This document shows positions 18,252 to 26,426 of a DNA stretch of 57,734 nt, piece by piece. The stretch is from the NCBI GenBank assembly GCA_030697525.1, contig JAUYPW010000030.1:1-57734 (forward strand). Reading direction: 5' to 3'. Positions within the stretch are counted from its first letter, which is position 1. The number at the start of each line of letters is the position of its first letter. Made by a program: the position numbers and the translations under genes. The DNA comes from a bacterium (lineage in GTDB: Bacteria > Patescibacteriota > Minisyncoccia > Sungbacterales > HO2-52-23). The notes under the pieces are model-generated. The model saw nothing but the letters and a program-made list of their open reading frames with translations. It made no database searches and had not been told where the DNA came from.

Positions 18252-19298
18252 TCAAGATCCCGGAATAAGGGATCTTTTCTTTTTATCCCAGTCCTCAAGT
18301 ATTTCCGCCAGTATAGCTGTTATGGGTACGGCCAAAATCATGCCGAAAATTCCGCCAACTTTCCCTCCCACTACCAAAGACAGGATAACTATCAGCGGAC
18401 TTAAACCAACCGCCTTTTTCATAACCACCGGCACGATAACATGAGACTCTGTCTGCTGGACTATGGCATATAAAGCAATAACAAAAAGTCCGGTTACGGG
18501 AGACAACAAGAGAGCGGTTATAACCGCGGGCACCGCAGCCAAGATTGGACCCACAACAGGAATTATTTCAAAAATCGCCGCAAGAAACGCAAAAAATAAA
18601 GCATGTTCAATACCCAAGAAAGTCAGACCGAAGAATATAAAAACTCCCACTATAGCCCCCAAGAGAGCCTGGCCTTGCAACCATTTACCAAGTTTTGCCT
18701 GCGCCCTACTCCATAGATGTATGATGTATGGCTCATAAGATAACGGGGTTACCATACGCAGGAAATTCTCAATACCCTTTTCTTGGGTAGCCAGATAAAA
18801 AGAAAAGACGATTATCAAAACCAAAGACAGAACCCCGCCAAATATACCAGAGGCAAAATTAACCACTCCGCCACTTAGATCCTCTAAATATCGAGACGGA
18901 ATTTCTAAAACACTTTTAACAATGTCATCCTTAAATTCATCCACAAAAGAAGGAACACCTATTTTGTCTATACCAATTATCAGTTTACGACTAAGTGTTG
19001 GGTAAGTAGTCGCTATGTTTTTAATTTCTTCAAAGAAGAGGGGAAAAACCAGATAAGTAAGTAGAATAAAAAAGGCGACCAAAGCGAGATAGATTAAAAT
19101 GACGGACAGGATCCTTGGTACCCTTCTTTTTTTGAGCCACTGTATGCCCGGCTCAATGGCAGATGCAATGATAACGGCAAAAAGCAAAGCAGCTATCACG
19201 TCTCTCATCAAATAGATCATGGCCAAGCCCAAAATCACCAGGAAAAATCTGATGATAGTGGAAGTGCTTATGTGCAGAATTTGATAGTCTTTGTGCAT
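18252..19298 (-). CDS. AI-2E family transporter (PerM/UPF0118)
   Basis: Eight-helix layout with the characteristic C-terminal GGIFGMILAVPITAILAEI. Confidence 0.8.
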   Translation of the reverse strand: MHKDYQILHISTSTIIRFFLVILGLAMIYLMRDVIAALLFAVIIASAIEPGIQWLKKRRVPRILSVILIYLALVAFFILLTYLVFPLFFEEIKNIATTYPTLSRKLIIGIDKIGVPSFVDEFKDDIVKSVLEIPSRYLEDLSGGVVNFASGIFGGVLSLVLIIVFSFYLATQEKGIENFLRMVTPLSYEPYIIHLWSRAQAKLGKWLQGQALLGAIVGVFIFFGLTFLGIEHALFFAFLAAIFEIIPVVGPILAAVPAVITALLLSPVTGLFVIALYAIVQQTESHVIVPVVMKKAVGLSPLIVILSLVVGGKVGGIFGMILAVPITAILAEILEDWDKKKRSLIPGS

Positions 19299-19334
19299 TT
19301 TAAACTAGGTTGTAGGAATTGGATTTGCTATCAC

Positions 19335-20606
19335 CTAAAAGCTTTCCAAGAGTTTACTGAGACGGCCATCTTCTTTGAAGGGACCGATCATGGCCAGGTT
19401 TAAGTTGTCTTTCTTTATAATAGTTCCCGCAACCCTTCTAATATCCTCAATAGTCACTTTATCTATTATACCAAAAACTTCATCAATTGTCACGGGCTTG
19501 CCGGTCAACATCTCTTCTCCCCCGACGAAACTGGCCATGGAGCTTGAGGACTCAAGACCTATTAAAGTAGTTCCTCGTATATAATCTTTTACTCTTTTGA
19601 GCTCTGCCTCGCCAACAGGTTCTTCAACAATTTTTTTATATTCCTCCAGTGCGGCCTGAATTGTCTTCTCCACATTTTTATGGTCCACTCCAGCGTAAGT
19701 TACCAAAAATCCGCGGTTAGAATAAGACTCGTGAGCGGTCATAACTGTATAAGCAAGGCCTAATTTCTCACGTATTTTATCCCACATGCGGGCACTCCAG
19801 GAACCTCCCAAAATAGCGGCCAAGATGTCAGCTATATAGCGATCCGGATGGTTGGCGTCCAGTCCTCGGAAACCAATAGCCAAATGGGTTTGATCTGTTT
19901 CTTTGTAGACAATTTTGATGGCCGGATTTTTTTGTTCTTCTTTTACGGCCGGTTTTTGCCTTTCCGGCGACCCGTCTCTCAAATCTGAAAAGGTACTGGT
20001 TATTTTTTCTATAGTTTCCTGTTCCGCGAAATTTCCTGCCACCACAACGGCTGTATTGGAGGCTACATACTGATGTTGGAAATAATCCGCGAAGTCTTGT
20101 CTTGGTAGGCCACGAATAACTTTTTCTTCACCAATTACATCCCAGCCAGCCGGTTGATCTCCGTAAAGCAAATTTTCCCAAACCCACCATATATATAGTG
20201 TAGGTGTATCCCAGTCACGGTGCATCTCTTCAATTACAACTTGCCTTTCGCGATCAATTTCCTCCGCCGGCAATAAAGAATTTTTATAAATATCCGCTAG
20301 CAAATCCAAAGACTGGTCTAAATAAGTTTTAGCGGCTTTGATGTGGTATCCCGTCACCTCGTGAGAAGTGAAAGCATTGGAAACCGATCCCATACTGTCC
20401 AATTCGTGTTTAATACTGTCCGGCGTTGGCCGGTTTTTAGTACCTTTGAAAAACATATGCTCCAGGAAATGCGAAATGCCGTTTATGTTTTTTGATTCAT
20501 AATCCGACCCCGTGCCGCACAAAACCAAAACCGTAATGGTGTTGGTCCCCTGCATGGGAACAGTTATTATCCGCAAACCGTTTTTGAGGATTGTCTTTTT
20601 GAACAT
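19335..20606 (-). CDS. M16-family (pitrilysin/insulinase-like) zinc peptidase
   Basis: Inverted zinc motif HFLEHMFFKGT and M16 length. Confidence 0.85.
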   Translation of the reverse strand: MFKKTILKNGLRIITVPMQGTNTITVLVLCGTGSDYESKNINGISHFLEHMFFKGTKNRPTPDSIKHELDSMGSVSNAFTSHEVTGYHIKAAKTYLDQSLDLLADIYKNSLLPAEEIDRERQVVIEEMHRDWDTPTLYIWWVWENLLYGDQPAGWDVIGEEKVIRGLPRQDFADYFQHQYVASNTAVVVAGNFAEQETIEKITSTFSDLRDGSPERQKPAVKEEQKNPAIKIVYKETDQTHLAIGFRGLDANHPDRYIADILAAILGGSWSARMWDKIREKLGLAYTVMTAHESYSNRGFLVTYAGVDHKNVEKTIQAALEEYKKIVEEPVGEAELKRVKDYIRGTTLIGLESSSSMASFVGGEEMLTGKPVTIDEVFGIIDKVTIEDIRRVAGTIIKKDNLNLAMIGPFKEDGRLSKLLESF

Positions 20607-20629
20607 TGTTTTTTATTTCGATTTTCAAT

Positions 20630-21925
20630 TTATAATAATCTATCTACAAAATATGTTTCTAAGTCTTTGGCCGAAACCCTTTCTTGTTCAGCAGTATCTC
20701 TATCTCTCACCGTAACAGTATCATCTTCCAAAGTTTGATAGTCCACAGTCACGCACCATGGCGTGCCGATTTCATCTTGAGCGTAGTAGCGCTTGCCAAT
20801 GTTGCCCCTATCATCAAAAACAGGGTTCAGGTTATGACCACCAGCTTTTAGAGATAAGAAAATTTCTCGGGCTTTTTCAACCAATTGCGGCTTATTGGCT
20901 ACCAGAGGAAAGACAGCTACCTTATAAGGAGCAAGTTTTGGTTTTAATTTCAAAACCGTTCTGTCGCCATCTTCATGATAAGCGCTTAAAAGAACCGCGA
21001 GCATGGTGCGCTCAAGTCCAAAAGAAGGCTCAATCACATGTGGAGTGATTTTTTCTTTCGTTTCCTCGTCGTGGTAAGTCAGCTCCTGCCCCGAAAATTT
21101 ACTGTGCTGCGATAGGTCAAAATCTTGGCGATAGGCAAGCCCCCAGAGTTCTTCCCGTCCGAAGGGGTAATCAAAATCAATATCTACGGTGCGACCAGAA
21201 TAATGAGCTCTTTCTTCTTCCGGAACTTCTCTGTCAGATACTCCAGAAATACCAAGATCTTCTGCCCAAGCACGCATCTCTTTGTGCCACATCTCAAAAT
21301 ATTTTTTCCAATCTTGCTCGCGAACAAAATATTCTACCTCCATCTGCTCAAACTCACGCGTGCGAAAGATAAAATTGCCCGGAGTAATTTCGTTGCGGAA
21401 AGCCCGTCCAACTTGAGCCAGCCCGAAAGGCAATTTGGGCCGCATGGTATCCAAAACATTTTTAAAATTTACGAACATTCCCTGCGCAGTTTCCGGACGT
21501 AGATAAACTTCTGTTGACGAATCCTCTACCGGACCTGCATGAGTTTTAAACATCATATTGAAAGATCGCGCTTCGGTAAAATCATGAGCCCCGCAATTTG
21601 AGCAGCCATTTTTTACATCAATTTTATCAGCCCGAAAACGGCTTTTGCATTTCTTGCAATCCACCATAGGATCCACAAAAAAATTGATGTGTCCCGATGC
21701 CTCCCAAATCTTGCTATTCATAAGTATAGAAGATTTAACCCCGTACATGTCTTCACGGCTACTAACAAACCTTCGCAACCATTCTCTTTTTATATTATCC
21801 ACAAGGCCAATACCCATAGGCCCCAAATCCCAAGTACCGGCAAGTCCCCCGTAAATTTCCGATCCGGGAAATACAAAACCCCGACGCTTGCAGAGAGATA
21901 CAATTTTTTCCATTAGGTTATTCAT
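20630..21925 (-). CDS. glyQS: glycine--tRNA ligase (class II, homodimeric type)
   Basis: N-terminus KRRGFVFPGSEIYGGLAGTWDLGPMG, the class II motifs and the anticodon-binding C-terminus. Confidence 0.95.
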   Translation of the reverse strand: MNNLMEKIVSLCKRRGFVFPGSEIYGGLAGTWDLGPMGIGLVDNIKREWLRRFVSSREDMYGVKSSILMNSKIWEASGHINFFVDPMVDCKKCKSRFRADKIDVKNGCSNCGAHDFTEARSFNMMFKTHAGPVEDSSTEVYLRPETAQGMFVNFKNVLDTMRPKLPFGLAQVGRAFRNEITPGNFIFRTREFEQMEVEYFVREQDWKKYFEMWHKEMRAWAEDLGISGVSDREVPEEERAHYSGRTVDIDFDYPFGREELWGLAYRQDFDLSQHSKFSGQELTYHDEETKEKITPHVIEPSFGLERTMLAVLLSAYHEDGDRTVLKLKPKLAPYKVAVFPLVANKPQLVEKAREIFLSLKAGGHNLNPVFDDRGNIGKRYYAQDEIGTPWCVTVDYQTLEDDTVTVRDRDTAEQERVSAKDLETYFVDRLL

Positions 21926-21968
21926 ATAATCTCTAATTTAATCGGCTTAATTATATCACTCCTGCTTT

Positions 21969-22122
21969 GTGATGCGGTCGAGGGTATTCTGATTGAAGAC
22001 AACGGGAGGAGCGATTTGCTTGGTTCGTCCGTTTCGGACGAAAATCACGACGACCATTAGCGAGGTCACCGCTGGAGTGACCGAGTCGTGTCTGAAATCA
22101 GGGATACCCGAGGAACCGCACA
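21969..22122 (-). ncRNA. 154-nt structured intergenic element, copy 2
   Basis: Begins 4 nt after the stop of 22126..24093 and ends 43 nt before the glyQS ATG. It has the same terminal repeat core (GCGGTTCCTCGGGTA / TACCCTCGACCGC) as copy 1. It has the same TCCAGCG hairpin loop at the same offset and the same GAACCAAGCAA block. Confidence 0.5.
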
Positions 22123-22125
22123 CGA

Positions 22126-24093
22126 CTACTCCACCACTCGCCAATCATTAAAACTTGTAGTCGAGTCCTCTTTCAGCTCTGTAGTAAGAGTACCACTTTC
22201 AGCTGTTATCTTTCCATTGGTAAAAGTATCTGTGGCGCTAAAAATGGACTGATTCAAAAGCTTTACTGTTTTACCAACATCCGCTTCCGAAGGAATTATA
22301 GAAATCTGAAACGCCCCCACCAGAGCCGTATCAAGAACCCCTTTGCCGGCCGGTAGAGAGCCGATTATCCAGAGAACTTCCCCCGATGATTTATCAAAAC
22401 TTAATTTCGTTCCCGACGGAGATATTATATTTTCCCACTTTACATTTGCAGGCATCGTAGCCCGAATTTCGGCCCCCTGCAAATCGTTGGTGAAATTCCT
22501 AACTTCCCAATGGATAGTATAAGTGGTTTTCTCGCCGACTTTCGGAGGCATAGGTCCCGAATTAGCTATCAAGAGAGACGATCTGAATAATGATTTGGCA
22601 TTGAAAATAATTTTGGATGACGATTTCAAATCAAGTCTGTCTTCATATACCAAAGACTTGGCATCACCAAATTCTTCCGGCACACTGGAGGTTTCTATTA
22701 TTGAGCGGAGTCGCAAGACAAGATTTTTGTCTTTATTGCTCTTCATGGGAAAACTATCTCTAGCCAGAACAGAAAAATTAAGTTCCCCTTCCTCCCCGGA
22801 TTTAATTTCTTTAAGAGCTGATAAATTGCCAGGAGACCACACCACGGCCTGAATTTGAGAATCAAATACGCCGCCGTTCTCCGCCGAAACAGAAGAAATA
22901 TCTAATATGTTCCTGCCGGAGCTCGGCAAAAAGTCTTTTGATTGATTAACACCCGAAACATAAGGACTGCTTTCCAGGAAAGCTTTTACACTTATGTTCC
23001 GTAGCGAACTTTCGGTGTTATTCTTATACCGAATAGAAAAATTAAGAGCCTCCCCGGGGGAGATAATTCGATCTCTCTTGCCATCAATCAGTCCCTCCAC
23101 CATCAGCGGACTCGGAGCTATCTTTATGTCATATATTGACTCTCCATATGAATTAAGCTCTTTGCTGCGCTCATCAAAGATTCCGAGACTGGCTCTGAAA
23201 CTTTTTACCTCATCCTCTTCGCCGCCAAGTTTCCCCCGAACAACCACCTCGCCTTCCTGCCCTATTTCTAATTTGTCTATTTTCCAGATACCCTCACCGA
23301 TGTCCGGCTTGGGTTCGGAAGACAGATACACAAATCCGGGAGGATAATTAATTTGCAGAGATAAATTTTCAAAAGACTGTTCTGCTTCCGATATATACCG
23401 CACTTTTATTTCCACCTCTTGGCCAGACAGAGCTTTCTCCGGAGCCTCCCACGATATTTCCAAGGGAACACGTTCAATTGTAAGAACTCTGGAAGCTTTA
23501 ATAGAAAATCGGGCCCGCAGACTGGAAGGACGATAAGAAAATATAGCCATAACTAATTTATCTTCCCCTTCTCTACCGAAGAGTCTTACATTTATTTCTG
23601 TTTTCTGTTCTTCTCCGACAGGCAGAGTTCCAAGTTTTTTTATGATTCGCGGAGGAGTCTGCTTTTCTGATCCGTCATCCTGAACCAATTTCGTTCCTGA
23701 AGGAAAAACAATAGATAATTCTGTATCTTCCAGGACAGATTTAGAAATATTTCTATAAGTAAAGGGGATGGTTACCGCCTTGCCTGATTCCAAGGGCTCT
23801 TCATAAGCAACATCTAGTTTTACTTCCTGGCCTCGGCCGCCAAAATAAAACCAAGCCGCAAGACCCAGAACCGCCAGCACAAATACAGCCGCCGCCCACC
23901 AGAAAAATTTGGAGAAATCTTTTGGGGATCGCCGCACTCTGGTACTTGTGGCTTTCTTGGCACCGCTCCCCATCCACGACTTGGGCAATTTGCCCGAGAA
24001 TTCTCCCATCTTCCATTTTTTACGCATACTCCTGTCGAGTTTTTCGGCATTGGCGCCATAAAGTTCTTTTTCTAAATCCTCTAAGTTAGACAT
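22126..24093 (-). CDS. hypothetical N-terminally anchored surface protein (655 aa), predicted beta-rich repeats
   Basis: Basic N-terminus followed by the helix FFWWAAAVFVLAVLGLAAWFYF. The long Ser/Thr/Glu-rich extracellular part has repeating roughly 100-aa sandwich-like segments. Overlaps recO by 8 nt. Confidence 0.65.
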   Translation of the reverse strand: MSNLEDLEKELYGANAEKLDRSMRKKWKMGEFSGKLPKSWMGSGAKKATSTRVRRSPKDFSKFFWWAAAVFVLAVLGLAAWFYFGGRGQEVKLDVAYEEPLESGKAVTIPFTYRNISKSVLEDTELSIVFPSGTKLVQDDGSEKQTPPRIIKKLGTLPVGEEQKTEINVRLFGREGEDKLVMAIFSYRPSSLRARFSIKASRVLTIERVPLEISWEAPEKALSGQEVEIKVRYISEAEQSFENLSLQINYPPGFVYLSSEPKPDIGEGIWKIDKLEIGQEGEVVVRGKLGGEEDEVKSFRASLGIFDERSKELNSYGESIYDIKIAPSPLMVEGLIDGKRDRIISPGEALNFSIRYKNNTESSLRNISVKAFLESSPYVSGVNQSKDFLPSSGRNILDISSVSAENGGVFDSQIQAVVWSPGNLSALKEIKSGEEGELNFSVLARDSFPMKSNKDKNLVLRLRSIIETSSVPEEFGDAKSLVYEDRLDLKSSSKIIFNAKSLFRSSLLIANSGPMPPKVGEKTTYTIHWEVRNFTNDLQGAEIRATMPANVKWENIISPSGTKLSFDKSSGEVLWIIGSLPAGKGVLDTALVGAFQISIIPSEADVGKTVKLLNQSIFSATDTFTNGKITAESGTLTTELKEDSTTSFNDWRVVE

Positions 24094-24577
24094 TGTTAAT
24101 ATATTCTATATTTTTTAAACTCTTTTCTCCATATCCCAGAATACTCGAGAACTCTTTTTCAAAAGCTCTGATTGTGCGAGTAAAATCTAGAACCGTGAAG
24201 TTGTTCATTGATTCAATATATTGGAAATTATTAATCAGCAGGCTCCACAGCTCCGTATCCTTTTCGCCAACCATACAACCCCTATCAATCCAATCGGTCA
24301 CACGATTGATGGCAGATACCTTATTCCAGTTTACTCTGATGGTGGGCCAGTGTTTCAGTAAAGATGCTTGAGTAAGCCGCTCACCATTTTTCCCCAAAAC
24401 AAAACCCAACTGCACTAAATTTAGCGTCTCTAGATGCCCTTTTAGTTTTGCTGTCTCTTTTTTTACTCCCTGCGCCATCGCGCGAATCTTGCCGTAATCT
24501 TTCGTATAAATCGTAAAAAGCGCGTCTGCCTCCCCGACAGCTGTTTTTTTTAAGACGATACCCTCTGTTGTGTACAT
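24086..24577 (-). CDS. recO: DNA repair protein RecO (short form)
   Basis: The N-terminal OB-fold signature EGIVLKKTAVGEADALFTIYTKDYGKIRAMAQGVKK matches the RecO family. Confidence 0.7.
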   Translation of the reverse strand: MYTTEGIVLKKTAVGEADALFTIYTKDYGKIRAMAQGVKKETAKLKGHLETLNLVQLGFVLGKNGERLTQASLLKHWPTIRVNWNKVSAINRVTDWIDRGCMVGEKDTELWSLLINNFQYIESMNNFTVLDFTRTIRAFEKEFSSILGYGEKSLKNIEYINNV

Positions 24578-24587
24578 TTTTAAACTT

Positions 24588-26426
24588 TTAAACTACCTCC
24601 TGTTGGTAACACTCTTCACAGTATACAATTTCCTGTCTTTCGGGTGCATAGCTTGTTTCAAACTCATTGGGGCAATGCTGGTCTTGGTGGAAGTGGTTGG
24701 TTTGGTTTTGGTAGATACCGTTGTCGCTTTTGGTTCCAGAACACTGGCACTTTCTTTGCCAGAGTTTGAGAGGGTTTCTTTGTTTGAGTCTTTGGTAATG
24801 TCGACAGTTGGGACAGAGACGGGGAAGGGCTATATTATTTTTTCGATAAAATTCCAGTTCTTGGGGGATGATGCGGAAGGCGGTGGTGCACTGCTCATTA
24901 CATGTAACGACTTGCGATGTCGTTACATGGGCGCATTGGATGATGTCGTTGAGAATGCCGTCTTTTACATCTTTGATGTGGTCTGGAAGTTGGTCTGGGG
25001 TTTTGGTAATTTGGTAATTCTTGGTTTCTGGTTCTTTCCATCTATAACCTTGCTGTTCTGCTTGTTCTTTGGTCAGAGGAAAGTATTCTTGGGCTATGGT
25101 TTCGTTGTAGGCGAAGGGGGAGCGTTCAGGAGGGAAGAATTCTCCGTATCTATATATTCTTCCTTTACTGTCGGTGTAAGGCATCTGGTTCATGTGGTCT
25201 ATGATCTGGGGGACTAGTTTTTCGTACTCTTCTTTGGAGTATTGTTTGTTGAGGATGCAATAAGATTTGTTGCGAAGACCAACGCAGGCAAACAAATCAT
25301 GACAATTGTGGCAATTATAAGAATATTGAATATTGTAACCGGTCCAGATTTTTTTGGAAAAAAATACGGAACTACCGGTTATGACGCTTGCGCTCTGATA
25401 GGCAAAAGAAAAACCATGCCCCACACCAAAAGACGAATGACTATCTTTTATAGCCTCGTCTTTTCCAAAAGGAACCGCCACGTAGCGACAGTCTTCAAAA
25501 GCTCCCATCGTAGAGTCAAAACAATAAAAAGCATTTTTGGCATTCTTAAGATTGTCTCCGGTGGAATTTACCGAATTTGTTATTCTGGCGTATTTGTGGG
25601 GGTACTTTAGCTTAAATTCTTGAAAATCTTTTTTAATTTTTGACAGTTCTGCAAAACTGCCAAGATTATATTCCTTTATCTTGCTGAAATATTCTTCTTT
25701 AGAATATGGTTTGTTGAAAATGTGATACTGCTTGTTCCTCAACCCCACACACCCAAAACAATAGGAACACCCCCTACAATCCCATAAAAACGCTGATTCG
25801 GAACATTCTTCCGAAAAACCGCTGAAAAAAAGTTTGTAAAAATCGTTGCATAAAACATTTTCATAACCCAGTTCTCCATGATGCGACCACAGTATGTCCA
25901 GACAGTCTCGAATTTCATCCAGCCAAGACGAATAATACGTATTTTCAATACGGCTCGCCGCAAAAACTAAATAGCAATTTTTGGCACCAAGAACCGAATT
26001 GCAATATTCGCTATTTATAGAGTTGGTCTGAATAACATTGGGCTGGGGAACGCTTGCCAATAGTTTCCCGAATTGTTGTAAAAACGGTTCAGAAAAATTG
26101 TATTCTCGTCCATATTGCAAAGAATCCCAATTATCCGACCACCAGAATTTATAGTCATAAACACTGTTTATTTCTGAATCCGGCGGAAAAATAGAAATAA
26201 TTTCTTCCTCATGACCTGGTGCATTGCATTTTCTTTTGTACAGAGACCTTTCGTTTCGCCACAAGAACAATAACTGCCATATACACTCCGGACACCAAGT
26301 CGAAGCCGGCACTTTTATTTTTTCGTAGAATAAAAAATCTTCGGGTTCAATCGTGAACTCATTTTTACAGTTTTGGCATTGTTTGGCTTCAGATTTCATT
26401 CTAAATTCTATTTGATTCCTATCCAA
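24588..26426 (-). CDS. Cys-rich hypothetical protein with terminal zinc-ribbon modules and an internally duplicated core
   Basis: N- and C-terminal CxxC...FY.K...P...CP.C...R modules. The central block C..CFGCVGLRNKQYHIFNKPYSKEEY is repeated as CHDLFACVGLRNKSYCILNKQYSKEEY. The alternative start at 26399 would avoid the overlap with ileS. Confidence 0.65.
   Translation of the reverse strand: MDRNQIEFRMKSEAKQCQNCKNEFTIEPEDFLFYEKIKVPASTWCPECIWQLLFLWRNERSLYKRKCNAPGHEEEIISIFPPDSEINSVYDYKFWWSDNWDSLQYGREYNFSEPFLQQFGKLLASVPQPNVIQTNSINSEYCNSVLGAKNCYLVFAASRIENTYYSSWLDEIRDCLDILWSHHGELGYENVLCNDFYKLFFSGFSEECSESAFLWDCRGCSYCFGCVGLRNKQYHIFNKPYSKEEYFSKIKEYNLGSFAELSKIKKDFQEFKLKYPHKYARITNSVNSTGDNLKNAKNAFYCFDSTMGAFEDCRYVAVPFGKDEAIKDSHSSFGVGHGFSFAYQSASVITGSSVFFSKKIWTGYNIQYSYNCHNCHDLFACVGLRNKSYCILNKQYSKEEYEKLVPQIIDHMNQMPYTDSKGRIYRYGEFFPPERSPFAYNETIAQEYFPLTKEQAEQQGYRWKEPETKNYQITKTPDQLPDHIKDVKDGILNDIIQCAHVTTSQVVTCNEQCTTAFRIIPQELEFYRKNNIALPRLCPNCRHYQRLKQRNPLKLWQRKCQCSGTKSDNGIYQNQTNHFHQDQHCPNEFETSYAPERQEIVYCEECYQQEVV

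Noticed and set aside
21956-22144. 62-aa ORF (MASGGVVVCGSS...), and a T-box leader for glyQS.
   Set aside because: The ORF is the hairpin-rich element translated. No T-box consensus, specifier loop or terminator/antiterminator pair is visible.
24570-25217. 215-aa + strand ORF.
   Set aside because: It is antisense to the 612-aa Cys-rich gene and has no independent support.
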